This document shows, piece after piece, positions 51,375 through 63,995 of a DNA stretch of 64,000 bases. Origin of the DNA: Dipteris shenzhenensis (Eukaryota); assembly GCA_047967505.1 (NCBI GenBank), contig CM106538.1. One strand, written 5' to 3'. The notes beneath the pieces were generated by a model. It had not been told where the DNA came from, did not search any database, and worked only from the letters and a program-made list of their open reading frames with translations. Every line of letters starts with the position of its first letter. The stretch's first letter is position 1. The position numbers and the translations under genes were made by a program.

Positions 51375-54300
51375 ATGCACATCCGTAAAAAAACACACTG
51401 CTAGGTATGTTATCCGATCAAGCACTTATGGGATGGGCATGCCACTTTGCATGTAAGTCAATTCCACCTAGTTGAAGGTGTGTGCAAAGTATTGTGCCCA
51501 TCGGATATGCTTTTCATTGTCCATCAAGCATAAAACACCGTTTTTAGCTTAGTGTCATGCACAACCATGAAAAAACACGGTCCTAAGTGTCTTAATCAAA
51601 CAAGTACTTATCAGATGGGGGCTCCACTTTTCATGCAAGTCCTTTTTAACTAGGTTGAGATGCATACAAAGTATTGTCACCATCAGATCTACTCTGCATG
51701 GTCGATTACGCATTATACAACGTTTTTCCCGTAGTGATATGCACATCCACAAAAAAACACGCCCTTAGGTATGTTATCTGACCAAGTACTTATCGGATGG
51801 GTGTGCCTCTTTGAGAAAATTTCAATACCACCTAGGTTAAGGTGTAGGAAAAGTATTGTTCCCATCGGATATGCTTTGCATGGTCGATCGACCATTAAAT
51901 ACCATTTTTGCCTAAGTGTCATGCACCTCCGTAAAAAAACACGATGCTAGGTGTGTTATCCGATCAAGTACTTATGCGATGGGAATGCCACTTTGCATGT
52001 AAGTCAATTCCACCTAGTTGAAGGTTTGTGCAAAGTATTGTGCCCATCGGATATGCTTTTCATTGTCGATCAGGCATAAAACACCGTTTTTGCCTTAGTG
52101 TCATGCACAACCATATAAAAACACAGCCCTAGGTATGTTATTCAAACAAGTACTTATCGGATGGGGGCTCCACTTTGCACGCAAGACCATTTCAACTACG
52201 TTGAGGTGCGTGCAAAGTATTGTCACCATCGAATATGCATTGCATGGTCGATCATGCATTATACACCGTTTTTTCCCTAGTGATATGCACATCCGCTTAA
52301 AAAAATGCCCTTAAGTGTGTTATCTGACCAAGTACTTATCCGATGGGTGTGCCACTTTGAGAACATTTCAATACCACCTAGGTTGAGGCATAGGAAAAGT
52401 GTTGTGCCCATCGAATATCCTTTGCATGGTCGATCGAGCATTAAATACTATTTTTGCTCTAGTGTCATGCACATCCGTAAAAAAACACACTGCTAGGTAT
52501 ATTATCTGAAAAGCACTTATGGGATGGGCATGCCACTTTGCATGTAAGTCAATTCCACCTAGTTGAAGGTGTGTGCAAAGTATTGTGCCCATCGGATATG
52601 CTTTGCATTGTCGATCAAGCATAAAACACCGTTCTTGCCTTAGTGTCATGCACAACCATGAAAAAACACGGTCCTAGGTGTGTTAATCAAACAAGTACTT
52701 ATCGGATGGGGGCTCCACTTTGTATGCAAGTCCTTTTCAAATATATTGAGGTGCGTGCAAAGTATTGTCACCATCAGATATGCTTTGCATGGCCGATCAC
52801 GCATTATACAACGTTTTTCCCCTAGTCATATGCACTTCCGCAAAAAAACACGCTTCCAGGTATGTTATACGATCAAGCACTTATGGGATGGGTGTGCCAC
52901 TTTGCATGTAAGTCAATTCCACCTAGTTGAAGGTTTATGCAAAGTATTGTGCCCATCGGATATGCTTTGCATTGTTGATCAAGCATAAAACACCATTTTT
53001 GGCTTAGTGTCATGCACAACCATGAAAAAACACGGTCCTAAAAGTGTTAATCAAACAAGTACTTATCGGATGGGGGCTCCACTTTTCACTCAAGTCCGTT
53101 TCAACTAGGTCGAGATGCGTGCAAAGTATTGTCACTATCGAATATGCTCTGCATGGTCGATTACGCATTATACAACGTTTTTCCGTAGTGATATGCACAT
53201 CTACAAAAAAACATGCTCTTAGGTATGTTATTTGACCAAGTACTTATCAAATGGGTGTGCCTCTTTGAGAACATTTCAATACCCACTAGGTTAAGGTGTA
53301 GGAAAAGTATTACACCCATCGGATATGCTTTGCATGGTCGATCGAGCATTAAATACCATTTTTGCCATAGTGTCATGCACATCCGTAAAAAAACACGCTG
53401 CTAGGTGTGTTATCCGATCAAGTACTTATGCGATGGGAATGCCACTTTCCATGTAATTCAATTCCACCTATTTGAAGGTGTGTGCAATGTATTGTGCCCA
53501 TCAGATATGCTTTGCATTGTCGATAAAGCATAAAACACCGTTTTTGCCTTAGTGTCATGCACAATCATGAAAAAACATGGCCGTAGGTGTGTTATTCAAA
53601 CAAGTACTTATTGGATGGGGGCTCCACTTTCCATGCAAGTCCGTTTCAACTACGTTGAGGTGCATGCAAAGTATTGTCACTATCGAATATGCTTTGCATG
53701 GTTGATCACGCATTATGCACCCTTTTTTCCCTAGTGATATGCACATCCCCAAAAAAATGCACCCTTAGGTGTGTTATCTGACCAAGTACTTATCGGATGG
53801 GTGTGCCTCTTTGAGAAAATTTCAATACCACCTAGGTTGAGGTGTAGGAAAAGTGTTGTGTCCATCGGATATCCTTTGCATGGTCGATCGAGCATTAAAT
53901 ACTATTTTTGCTCTAGTGTCATGCACATTCCTAAAAAAACACGCTGCTAGGTGTGTTATCCGATCAAGTACTTATGCGATGGGAATGCCACTTTGCATGT
54001 AAGTCAATTCCACCTAGTTGAAGGTGTGTGCAACGTATTGTGCCCATCAGATATGCTTTGCATTGTCGATCCAGCATAAAACACCGTTTTTGCCTTAGTG
54101 TTATGCACAACCATATAAAAACACGGCCGTAGGTGTGTTATTCAAACAAATACTTATCAGATGGGGGCTCCACTTTGCAGGCAAGTCGGTTTCACTACGT
54201 TGAGGTACGTGAAAAGTATTGTCACCATCGGATATGCTTTGCATGGTCGATCACGCATTATACACCGTTTTTCCCCTAGTGATATGCACATCCGCAAAAA

Positions 54301-57300
54301 AACACGCCCTTAGGTGTGTTATCTGACCAAGTACTTATCGGATGGGTGTGCCTCTTTGAGAACATTTCAATACCACCTAGTTTGAGCCATAGGAAAAGTG
54401 TTGTGCCCATCGGATATCCTTTGAATGGTCGATCGAGCATTAAATACTATTTTTGCTCTAGTGTCATGCACATCCGTAAAAAAACACGCTGCTAGGTATG
54501 TTATCCGATCAAGCACTTATGGGATGGGTGTGCCACTTTGCATGTAAGTCAATTCCATCTAGTTGAAGGTGTGTGGAAAGTATTGTGCCCATCGGATATG
54601 CTTTGCATTGTCGATCAAGCATAAAACACTTTTTTTGGCTTAGTGTCATGCACAACCATGAAAAAACACGGTCCTAGGTTTGTTAATCAAACAAGTACTT
54701 ATCGGATGGGGGCTCCAGTTTGCACGCAAGTCTCTTTCAACTAGGTTGAGATGTGTGCAAAGTATTGTCAAGATCGGATATGCTCTGCATGGTCGATTAC
54801 GCATTATACAACGTTTTTCCCGTAGTGATATGCACATCCGTAAAAAAACACGCCCTTAGGTATGTTATTTGACCAAGTACTTATCGAATGGGTGTGCCTC
54901 TTTGAGAACATTTCAATACCACCTATGTTAAGGTGTAGGAAAAGTATTGTGCCCATCAGATATGCTTTGCATGGTCGATCGAGCATTAAATACCATTTTT
55001 GCCTTAGTGTCATGCATATTCGTAAAAAAACACGCTGCTAGGTGTGTTATCCGATCAAGTACTGATGCGATGGGAATGCCACTATTCATGTAAGTCAATT
55101 CCACCTATTTGAAGGTGTGTGCAACGTATTGTGCCCATCGGATATGCTTTGCATTGTCGATCAAGCATAAAACATCGTTTTTGCCTTAGTGTCATGCACA
55201 ACCATATAAAAACACGGCCGTAGGTGTGTTATTCAAACAAGTACTTATCGGATGGGGGCTCCACTTTGCAGGCAAGTCAGTTTCACTTGCATTGAGGTGC
55301 GTGCAAAGTATTGTCACCATCGGATATGCTTTGCATGGTCGATCATGCATTATACACCTCTTTTTACCTAGTGATATGCACATCCACAAAAAAACACGGC
55401 CGTAGGTGTGTTACATTCAAACAAGTACTTGTCGGATGGGGGATCCACTTTGCACGCAAGTCCATTTCAACTACGTTGAGGTGCGTGCAAAGTATTGTCA
55501 CCATCGGATATGCTTTGCATGGTCGATCGCGCACTATACACCATTTTTTCCCGAGTGATATGCACACCCGCAAAAAAACACGCCCTTAGGTGTGTTATCT
55601 GACCAAGTACTTATCGGATGGGTGTGCCTCTTTGATAACATTCCAATACCACCTAGGTTGAAGCATACAAAAAGTATTGTGCCCACCGGATATCCTTTGC
55701 ATGATCGATCGAGCAATAAATACTATTTTTACTCTAGTGTCATGCACAGCTGTAAAAAAACACGCTGCTAGGTATGTTATCTGATCAAGCACTTATGGGA
55801 TGAGAGTGCCACTTTTCATACAAGTCAATTCCACCTAGTTTAAGGTGTGTGCAAAGTATTGTGCCCATCTGATATGCTTTGCATTGTCGATCAAGCATAA
55901 AACAATGTTTTTGCCTTAGTGTCATGCACAACCATGAAAAAACACAGTCCTAGGTGTGTTAATCAAACAAGTACTTATCGGATGGGGGCTCCACTTTACA
56001 CGCAAGTCTGTTTCAACTACGTTGAGGTGCATGCAAAGTATTGTCACCATCGGATATGATTTGCATGGTCGATCACGCATTATACACAGTTTTTTCCCTA
56101 GTGATGTGCACATCCGCAAAAAAACATGCCCTTAGGTGTGTTATCTGACCAAGTACTTATCGGATGGGTGTGCCTCTTTGAGAACATGTCAATGCAACCT
56201 AAGTTGCAGTTTAGGAAAAGTATTGTGCCCATCGGATATCCTTTGCATTGTCGATCGAGCATTAAATACTATTTTTGCTCTAGTGTCATGCACATCCGTT
56301 AAAAAAACACGTTGCTAGGTATGTTATCTGATCAAGCACTTATGGGATGGGTGTGCCACTTTGCATGTAAGTCAATTCCACCTAGTTGAAGGTGTGTGCA
56401 AAGTATTGTGCCCATCGGATATACTTTGCATTGTCGATCAAGCATAAAACACCGTTTTTGGCTTAGTGTCATGCACAACCATGAAAAAAGACGGTCCTAA
56501 GTGTGTTAATCAAACAAGTACTTATCAGATGGGGGCTCCACTTTTCATGCAAGTTCGTTTCAACTAGGTTGAGATGCGTGCAAAGTATTTTCACCATCGG
56601 ATATGCTCTGCATGGTCGATTACGCATTATACAACATTTTTCCCATAATGATATGCACATCCGCAAAAAAGCACGCCCTTAGGTATGTTATCTGACCAAG
56701 TACTTATCGGGTGGGTGTGCCTCTTTGAGAACATTTCAATACCACCTAGGTTAAGGCGTAGGAAAAGTATTGTGCCCATCGGATATGCTTTGCATGGTTG
56801 ATCGAGCATTAAATACCATTTTTGCCTTAGTATCATGCACATCCATAAAAAAACACGCTGCTAGGTGTGTTATCTAATCAAGTACTTATGCGATGGGAAT
56901 GCCACTTTGCATGTAAGTCAATTCCACCTAGTTGAAGGTGTGTGCAAGGTATTGTGCCCATCGGATGTGCTTTGCATTGTCGATCAAGCATAAAACACCG
57001 TTTTTGCCTTAGTGTCATGCACAACCATATAAAAACACGGCCGTAGGTGTGTTATTCAAACAAGTACTTATCGGATGGGGGCTCCACTCTGCACGCAAGT
57101 CCGTTTCAACTAGATTGAGGTGAGTGCAAAGTATTGTCACCATCGGATATGCTTTGCATTGTCGAACAAGCATTAAACACTATTTTGGCCTTAGTGTCAT
57201 GCACAACCGTCAAAAAATGCGGTCCTAGATGTGTTATTCGACTAAGAACTTATGGGATGGGCACGCCACTTTGCATGTAAGTCAATAATACCTAGGTTGA

Positions 57301-57374
57301 GATGTGTGCAAAGTATTGTGGTGCTCGGATATGCGTTGCATTGTCGATTAAGCATAAAACAATGTTTTTGCCTT
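51369..57374. repeat. Satellite-like tandem array: 33 monomers of 181-184 bp (mostly 182) with higher-order structure
   Basis: The anchor agtg(tc/at)atgcac recurs at 51369, 51551, 51733, 51915, 52097, 52279, 52461 ... 56829, 57011, 57193. Three monomer types cycle A-B-C. Confidence 0.97.
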
Positions 57375-58199
57375 TGAATAAAAGCACAGTTGTTGTATGA
57401 CCACAATAGGATCACTTTGACACCTGTGATTTTGCCCACATGTAAGTTTGCAAATAGTATAAAAAATAATATATTAATATATTAATAGTTTGCAAATGTG
57501 TATAGCAAGTGAGTAATGGGAAGTGAAAGTGGGAGTGAGGAGGGAGGAGTGGAATGGGAGAGGGAAGTAATAGGGGTGTCTGATAATAAGTATAAAAAAT
57601 AGTATAATAATATATTAATAGTTTTCAAATGGCAAGTGAGTAATGGGAAGTGGAAGTGAGAGTGGGGAGGGAAGAATGGAATGGGAGAGGGGAAGGTAAT
57701 AGGGGAGTAGCATAATAGGGAGTAAAATGAGTGAGGGGAGTTAATAGGGGATGAAAAAGAGGAGGGTGAGATGGGGAAATATGGGATTTTGGGAAATGGG
57801 AGGAGTATGGGATGTGGTGGAAATGTGGGATGGGAGTGGTGGCAATGGGGGAGGAAGAAGAAATGGATGGGGGGAGGGCTAATGGAAGATTGGGATGAGG
57901 GATGGGGGTCCAATGAGAGAGGGGGAGTAATGGGAGCTAATGGGAGAGGGGAGAAATGAAAAGCCGATAGGAGAGAGGGGAGGAATGGAAAGCCAATAGG
58001 AGAGGAGGAGGAAAACCTAATTTTTCTTATATATAGTCTTCCTTCTTCATTCATTCTCCCCTCATTTCATTCATTGAAGCAAGAAAGCAAGGACGAGCAA
58101 GAAAGCAAGGAAGGAAGAGCAAGAAAGCAAGAAAGAGCAAACTTACAAACTTTTTCCAGGTACTTGCAAATTTTTTTGATTCATTCTTTATCTAGATTT

Positions 58200-59620
58200 T
58201 TTTTTTAAATTTTGAAGAGAGAGAAAGAAAGAAAGAGAGAGAGGAACTAGAGAGAGAGAGGCCCCCTGACGGCCTCCAGGACGGGAGGGGAAGGAGGGGA
58301 TGGAGGGGGGGGAAGGGAGGGAGGGGCGAGGGGCGGGGTCGAGGGAGGGAGGGGGGGGTTTTCTAGCGACCGCGGCCGCCAGGACCCCAAGGAGGGGAGG
58401 GGGGGGGGGAGGGGGGGAGGGGGTTCTGGCGGCCACGGTGGCGGCCGCAAGGAGTGGATGGAGGGGGGGGAGGGGAGGGAGGGGCGAGGGGGATGTCTGG
58501 CAACTGCAAGGAGGGGATGGAGGGGGGGGAGGGGAGGGAGGGGCGGGGGGGATGGAGGGGATAGAGGGGGGGGGAGGGGAGGGAGGGGGTGGGGGGGAAG
58601 GGAGGGGTTCTGGCAACCGCAGCCGCTAGGACCCTCCCCTCCCCTCCCCCCCTGGAAGGGTCCTGGCGGCCACAGCCACCAGAACCCCAAGGAGGGGGGG
58701 GAGGGGAGGGGGGGGAGGGGAGTCGGGGAGGGAGGGAGGGGAGGGGAGGGAGGGGTGAGGGTGGGGTTGAGGGAGGGAGGGAGGTGGGGGGGTTCTCGCG
58801 GCCGCGGCTACCAGGACCCTCCCAGGGGGGGAGGGGAGGGGAGGGAGGGGGTGGGGGGGGAGGGGAGGGAGGGGGTGGAGGGGGGGGGTTTCTGGCGGCC
58901 GTGGCTACCAGGACTCTCCCAGGGGGGGAGGGGAGGGAGGGGGTGGGGGGGGTTCTCGCGGCCACCAGAACCCCAAGGAGGGGGAGGAGGGGAGGGGAGG
59001 GGGGGAAGGGGAGCCGGGTAGGGAGGGGGGGGTTTCTAGTGGCCGCGGCCGCCAGGACCCCAAGATGGAGGGGGGGAGGGGAGGGAGGGGCGAGGGCGGG
59101 GTCGAGGGAGGAAGGGAGGGAGGAGGGGGTTCTGGCGGCCGTGGCCGCTAGGACCCCAAGGAGGGGATGGAGGGGGGAGGGGCGGGGGGGATGGAGGGGA
59201 TGGAGAGGGGGGGGTTCTAGTGGCCGTGGCCGCCAGGACCCCAAGGAGCGGAGCGAGGGGATGAGGGAAGGGGGGGGTAGAGGGAGGGGATGGAGGAAGG
59301 GAGGGGATGGAGGGGGAGGGGCGTCCTGGCGACCACGGCCGCCAGGACGAGAGGGAGGGGAGGCGAGGGAGAGAGAGAGGGGAGGGGAGGGAGAGAGAAA
59401 GGGAGAGGAGGGAGGGGAGAGGAGGGAGCGGAAGGAGAGAGAGGGAGACAGAGAGAGGGAGGGGAGAGGAGGGAGTGGAAGGAGAGAGAGGGGAGAGGAG
59501 GGAGGGGAGGGAGAGAGAGAGTGAGGGGAGGGAGAGAGAAAGCAAGAGAGAGAGTGAGGGGGGAAGGTATGGGAGAGAGAGAGAGAGTGAGGGAGAGAGA
59601 AGCGAGGGAGTAGAGGGAGT
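58200..59620. repeat. G/A-rich low-complexity tract punctuated by GC-rich palindromes
   Basis: Runs of G3-G9 separated by A, interrupted about 11 times by variants of ggggt(t/c)ctggcggccgtggccgccaggacccc. Confidence 0.9.
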
Positions 59621-59639
59621 AGAGGGAGAGAGGTCGAAT

Positions 59640-60100
59640 TCTTATAAGAGCGACAAATAAGATTTGACTTAGGAAAAGAATGAAAGGGACTTACGAGAAG
59701 AAAGTATCAAGAAGAATGTTGAACACAAATTTGAATTCTTACAACTAAGAGTAGAACTATCACGAGCTCTTCAATACAAATTTGAATTCTTACAACTAAA
59801 AGTAGAACTATCACGAGCAAGAGCGACAAATAAGATTCTTGCTCAAGTAAGATTTGACTTATTATCATGAGCAAGAGCGACAAATAAGATTTGACTTACT
59901 ATCACGAGCAAGAGCGACAAATAAGATTTGACTTACTATCACGAGCAAGAGCGACAAATAAGATTTGACTTACGAGAAGAATGAAAGGGACTTACGAGAA
60001 GAAAGTATCAAGAAGAATGTTGAATACAAATTTGAATCCAAAAGGAACGTACGAGAAGAAAGTATAAGAAGAATGTTGAACACAAATTTGAATTCAAATT
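59640..60100. repeat. Nested short tandem repeats (37-bp ctatcacgagcaagagcgacaaataagatttgactta and related units)
   Basis: The unit is repeated 3-4 times at 59808-59972, with flanking duplicated acgagaagaaagtatcaagaagaatgttgaa.acaaatttgaat. Confidence 0.85.
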
Positions 60101-60469
60101 TATAATGAATTCAAATTTCCCTCTCTTTTTTGAAAATTCAAATTTATGCATGGGAGGAGTGGGCTAGTTTTTCTTATATATACTTTTTCCAGGTACTTGC
60201 ATTCTTTTTCATTCGTCTTGTAATTCTTTTTCCTTACTTACAATTCTTTTTCAATTAGTTTCTTGTTAATGTTTTTGAGTTCTATTTCTTAAAATTCGTC
60301 TTGTAATTCTTTTTCTTTACTTACAACTCTTTTTCAATTAGTTTATTGTTAAAGTTTTTGAGGAGGGGGGTTTTTAAGAAGGCATTATAATTCTTTTTAA
60401 ATTAGTTTCTTATTTGAGTTTTTGAGTTCTATTTTAATTAGTTTCTTATTTATATTTGAGTTTGTAAAT

Positions 60470-60823
60470 TTGAGAAATGAGAGAGAATAGGGAGGGAGAG
60501 AAAGAGAGAGGAGAGAGGGAAAGAGAGAAATTAAGAGAGAGAAGAGGGGCTCTTGGCGGCCGTGGCCGCCAAAGGGAGAGAGAGAATAGAAATGAGAGAG
60601 AGAATGAGAAATGAGAGAGGAGTAGGGAGGCAGAGAAAGAGAGAGAGGAGAGAGGGAGAGAGAGAGAGAGATTCACAGAGAGAAGAGGAGATTCTTAAAT
60701 GAGAGAGAAGAGTAGGGAGGGAAAGAAAGAGAGAGGAGAGAGGGGGAGAGAGATTAAGAGAGAGAAGAGGGTCTCCTCGCGGCCATGGCTGCTAAAGGGA
60801 GGGAGAGAGTAGGGAGAGAGAGG

Positions 60824-60867
<44 letters not shown>

Positions 60868-61369
60868 TAGGGAAAGAGAGAGAGGGAGAGAGAGAGAAAG
60901 AGAGAGAGGGAGAGAGAGGGAGAGAGAGAGAAGTTTAAGAGAATGAATCTTGGCGAGAGGAGAGAGGGAAAGAGAGAAATTAAGAGAGAGAAGAGGGGCT
61001 CTTCGGGGCTGTGGCCACCAAAGCGAGAGAGAGAATGAGAAATGAGAGAAAAGAGTAGGGAGGGAGAGAAAGAGAGAGAGGGAGAGAGACAAGAGATTAA
61101 GAAAGAGAAGAGGGGCTCCTTAAATGAGAGAGAAGAGTAGGGAGGGAAAGAAAGAGAGAGTCGAGAGAGGGAGAGAGAGAAGAGAGTCTCCTGGCAGCAA
61201 TGAGAGAGAAGAGTAGGGAGGGAAAGAAAGAGAGAGTTGAGAGAGGGAGAGAGAGATTAAGAGAGTCTCCTGGCGGCCGTGGCTGCTAGAGGGAGGGAGA
61301 GAGTAGGGAGGGAGAGGGAGAGAGAGAGAGAGAAGAGAGGAGGGAGACTTAGGGAGAGAGAAAGAGAGA

Positions 61370-61426
<57 letters not shown>

Positions 61427-61535
61427 AGAGAGGGAATGAAACTTCTGTGCTAGAGGGAGGGAGAGAGTAGGGAGGGAGAGGGAGAGAGAGAGAGAGAGAA
61501 GAGAGGAGGGAGGCTTAGGGAGAGAGAAAGAGAGA

Positions 61536-61572
<37 letters not shown>

Positions 61573-61850
61573 GAGAGAAGAGAGGAGGGAGACTTAGGGA
61601 GAGAGAGATAAAGAGAGAGGGAGAGAGAATGAAACTTCTAGCAGCCGTGGCTGCCAAGAGAGGGAGGTAGAGAGAGAGAGAGAGAGAGAGACTTCTCGTG
61701 GCCATGGCCGCCAAGGGAGGGAGGGAGGGGGAGGGAGGGAGGAAGATTGAGAGAGATTAAGAGAGAGAATTTAGAGAGAGAGAGACATAGAGAGGGAAAG
61801 AATGACAAATCCTAGCGGCCAAGAGGATAGAGGTAGGGAGGTAGAGAGGC

Positions 61851-61901
<51 letters not shown>

Positions 61902-62173
61902 GAAGAGGAGAGAGAGAGAGAGAGGAGAGAGATGGAGAGAGAGAAATAATTACAAATCCTAGGGAGAGAGAGAGAGAGAGAGAGATAAAGAGAGAGAATG
62001 AAAAATGTTAGCCCCCATGGGAGGGAGAGAAAGAGAGACTTGAGATAAACTAAGAGAGAGAATGAGTGGGATGAGGACAGAGAGGGAAACACATAAGAGT
62101 TGTTAGAGAGAGAGAGAGAGATTAAGAGAGAGAATGAGGTGTCTTGACTATGGCTACAGAGAGAATTAGGAGT

Positions 62174-62215
<42 letters not shown>
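60470..62215. repeat. (GA)n-rich low-complexity region with further degenerate palindromes
   Basis: The plus strand is almost purine-only. ggcggccgtggccgcc variants occur at ~60555, 60780, 61005, 61272, 61640 and 61700. Confidence 0.9.
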
Positions 62216-63371
62216 TAAAAAGAGGGTTTTATATATTTACATGTTTTATATTATACTTTTAAAAAATTATAAAAGAGTGAATTTATGGTTTGTTTTGAAG
62301 GTGAGATAATATTTTTATATATATTCATCTTTTAAGTTGAAAAATGTTAACTTTTCTTTAGATACTTGTTCTTCATTTCTCTCACATGCAGGTTTAGCCT
62401 CTACATCAAAACCCCTTCTTTTGCATATTTAAGCCTCTTAAATCCCAGCACATTAAAATGAACACAAAAAAATAAATTATTTATTCCTTTTCTTCGCTTC
62501 GACGGTTGGTTTAGCATAGTTTAGCATAGAGATTGCCTTAGAGGAGAGACAATTCTCCAAGTTGCCAATCGAAGCCATGCTCAAATTTTTCTAACTAGTT
62601 CCTAATCGTTGTCAGTCCCTTCGCTCACATGCAGTTTAACACTCATAACATGCTATTAAATGAGACCTTTTACCATTTACCAAGAAGTTTATCAGTGGGC
62701 AGATTGCATGAGCAGATATCAGTGGACAGATTACATATATCAGTTGACAGATTACATGTCATGGGACATATTGGAGCTTGATGATTATTGGTTATTTTTA
62801 TTGCATTTGTATAAATATTTAAGCTCATTTATTGTCATAAAAAACCTTGTAAAGCCTTCTATGCTATTTTTTACATTTATTGTCATATGAAGCGCCTTGT
62901 AATAAACCCAACCATTCACTATTTAACGAGTATTAGTGGGCTGCATAAGTGGATATCATGTGGGCTGCATAAGTGGATATCAGTGGAACAATTTTTAGTG
63001 TGGGTAGATTGCATCAGTTGGGTATCAGTGCACAGATATCAATGGATGGATAGATTACATGTCATCACGAAGATTGAAGCTTTATGACTAGAGGGCAAAT
63101 CAATGGATGGACAGATTACATGTCTTCACGAAGATTGAAGCTTTATCACTAGACGACATTTTATATTATTGTAAAGCTTTATTGGCTAATTTTTTACATT
63201 TGTACAAATATTTAAGCCTTGTAAAGCCTTCTAGGCTATTTCCCACATTTATTGCCATATGAAGCCTTGTAAAGCCTTTTGGGCTATTTCCCACATTTAT
63301 TGTATCAAGCGTTGTATATTCTACTTTACTTGTATGTATCTAAATTCTTCATTATCTTTTCTTGTACGATT

Positions 63372-63995
63372 ATGGAGTAATCAACTAATGTGGGGGCTAT
63401 CCTAAATGACTCTGAGATCAGAGAATGGGTCTCTGATGTCACTTTGAATTTGAAAGGAAAGGAGTATAGCCCCAATGGCTTTAGTGGGTGGACTCGATAT
63501 CACATGGACAGAAGAGCTTGGTTTCGTCATCAAAAGGAAAAGAGACTCTTTCTACTTATGTCAAAAAGGGAGTTCACTGATGTTGAAGATCCATGGGATG
63601 CTACTTTCTTCAAAAAAGATATGACTTCAAGCCTTGTAGTAGGCATAATGATAGAGCCAAAAGAGACTTTTATGGATATTTTTACAAAGAGTTCAGATCC
63701 TGAAGTTGGCGGTCTTCATTTTGTTGTGTCAAGGAGAGAATCAAAGACCTTTGTGATGCCTCCTCCTCAACCATCAAAGTTTCCAGAGCTGCAAAGTGCA
63801 TTGGAGGCTCTTTCATATACTTGGGAGCAATTTCCTAGTGTGGGGGCAAAAAGGATGCATGCAAAGATAATGTTTGAGTACTTTCAAGATGCACAAAATC
63901 TCCTCATATTCAAGGATCTTCACATGAAGGAGATCAAAAAGCTCATACTTCAATGCAGGGACAAGAAGAACAGGCACACTGTCACAAACATGTAG
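63372..63995 (+). pseudogene. ORF of unknown function (probably transposon accessory gene), possibly continuing beyond the window
   Basis: 201-codon open frame with protein-like composition. An in-frame ATG GAG TAA lies 18 nt upstream of the GTG track start, suggesting a CAA>TAA lesion. No family recognised. Confidence 0.45.

Noticed and set aside
51369-57374. CRISPR- or TIGR-like guide array
   Set aside because: The variable segments are not unique spacers; they recur every third or sixth monomer. No Cas or Tas-like gene is visible and the context is eukaryotic.
51555-57439. Many 60-100-aa Cys/His-rich ORFs in the array as a peptide gene family
   Set aside because: They are by-products of the repeat. 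The 182-bp period is not a multiple of 3, so frames shift and stop between monomers.
57482-59660. Proline-rich extensin/formin-like or glycine-rich ORFs
   Set aside because: Open in nearly all frames on both strands because the G/A tract lacks stop codons; there is no consistent frame.
60446-62092. SL- or RE-repeat ORFs
   Set aside because: Translations of (GA)n/(CT)n microsatellite.
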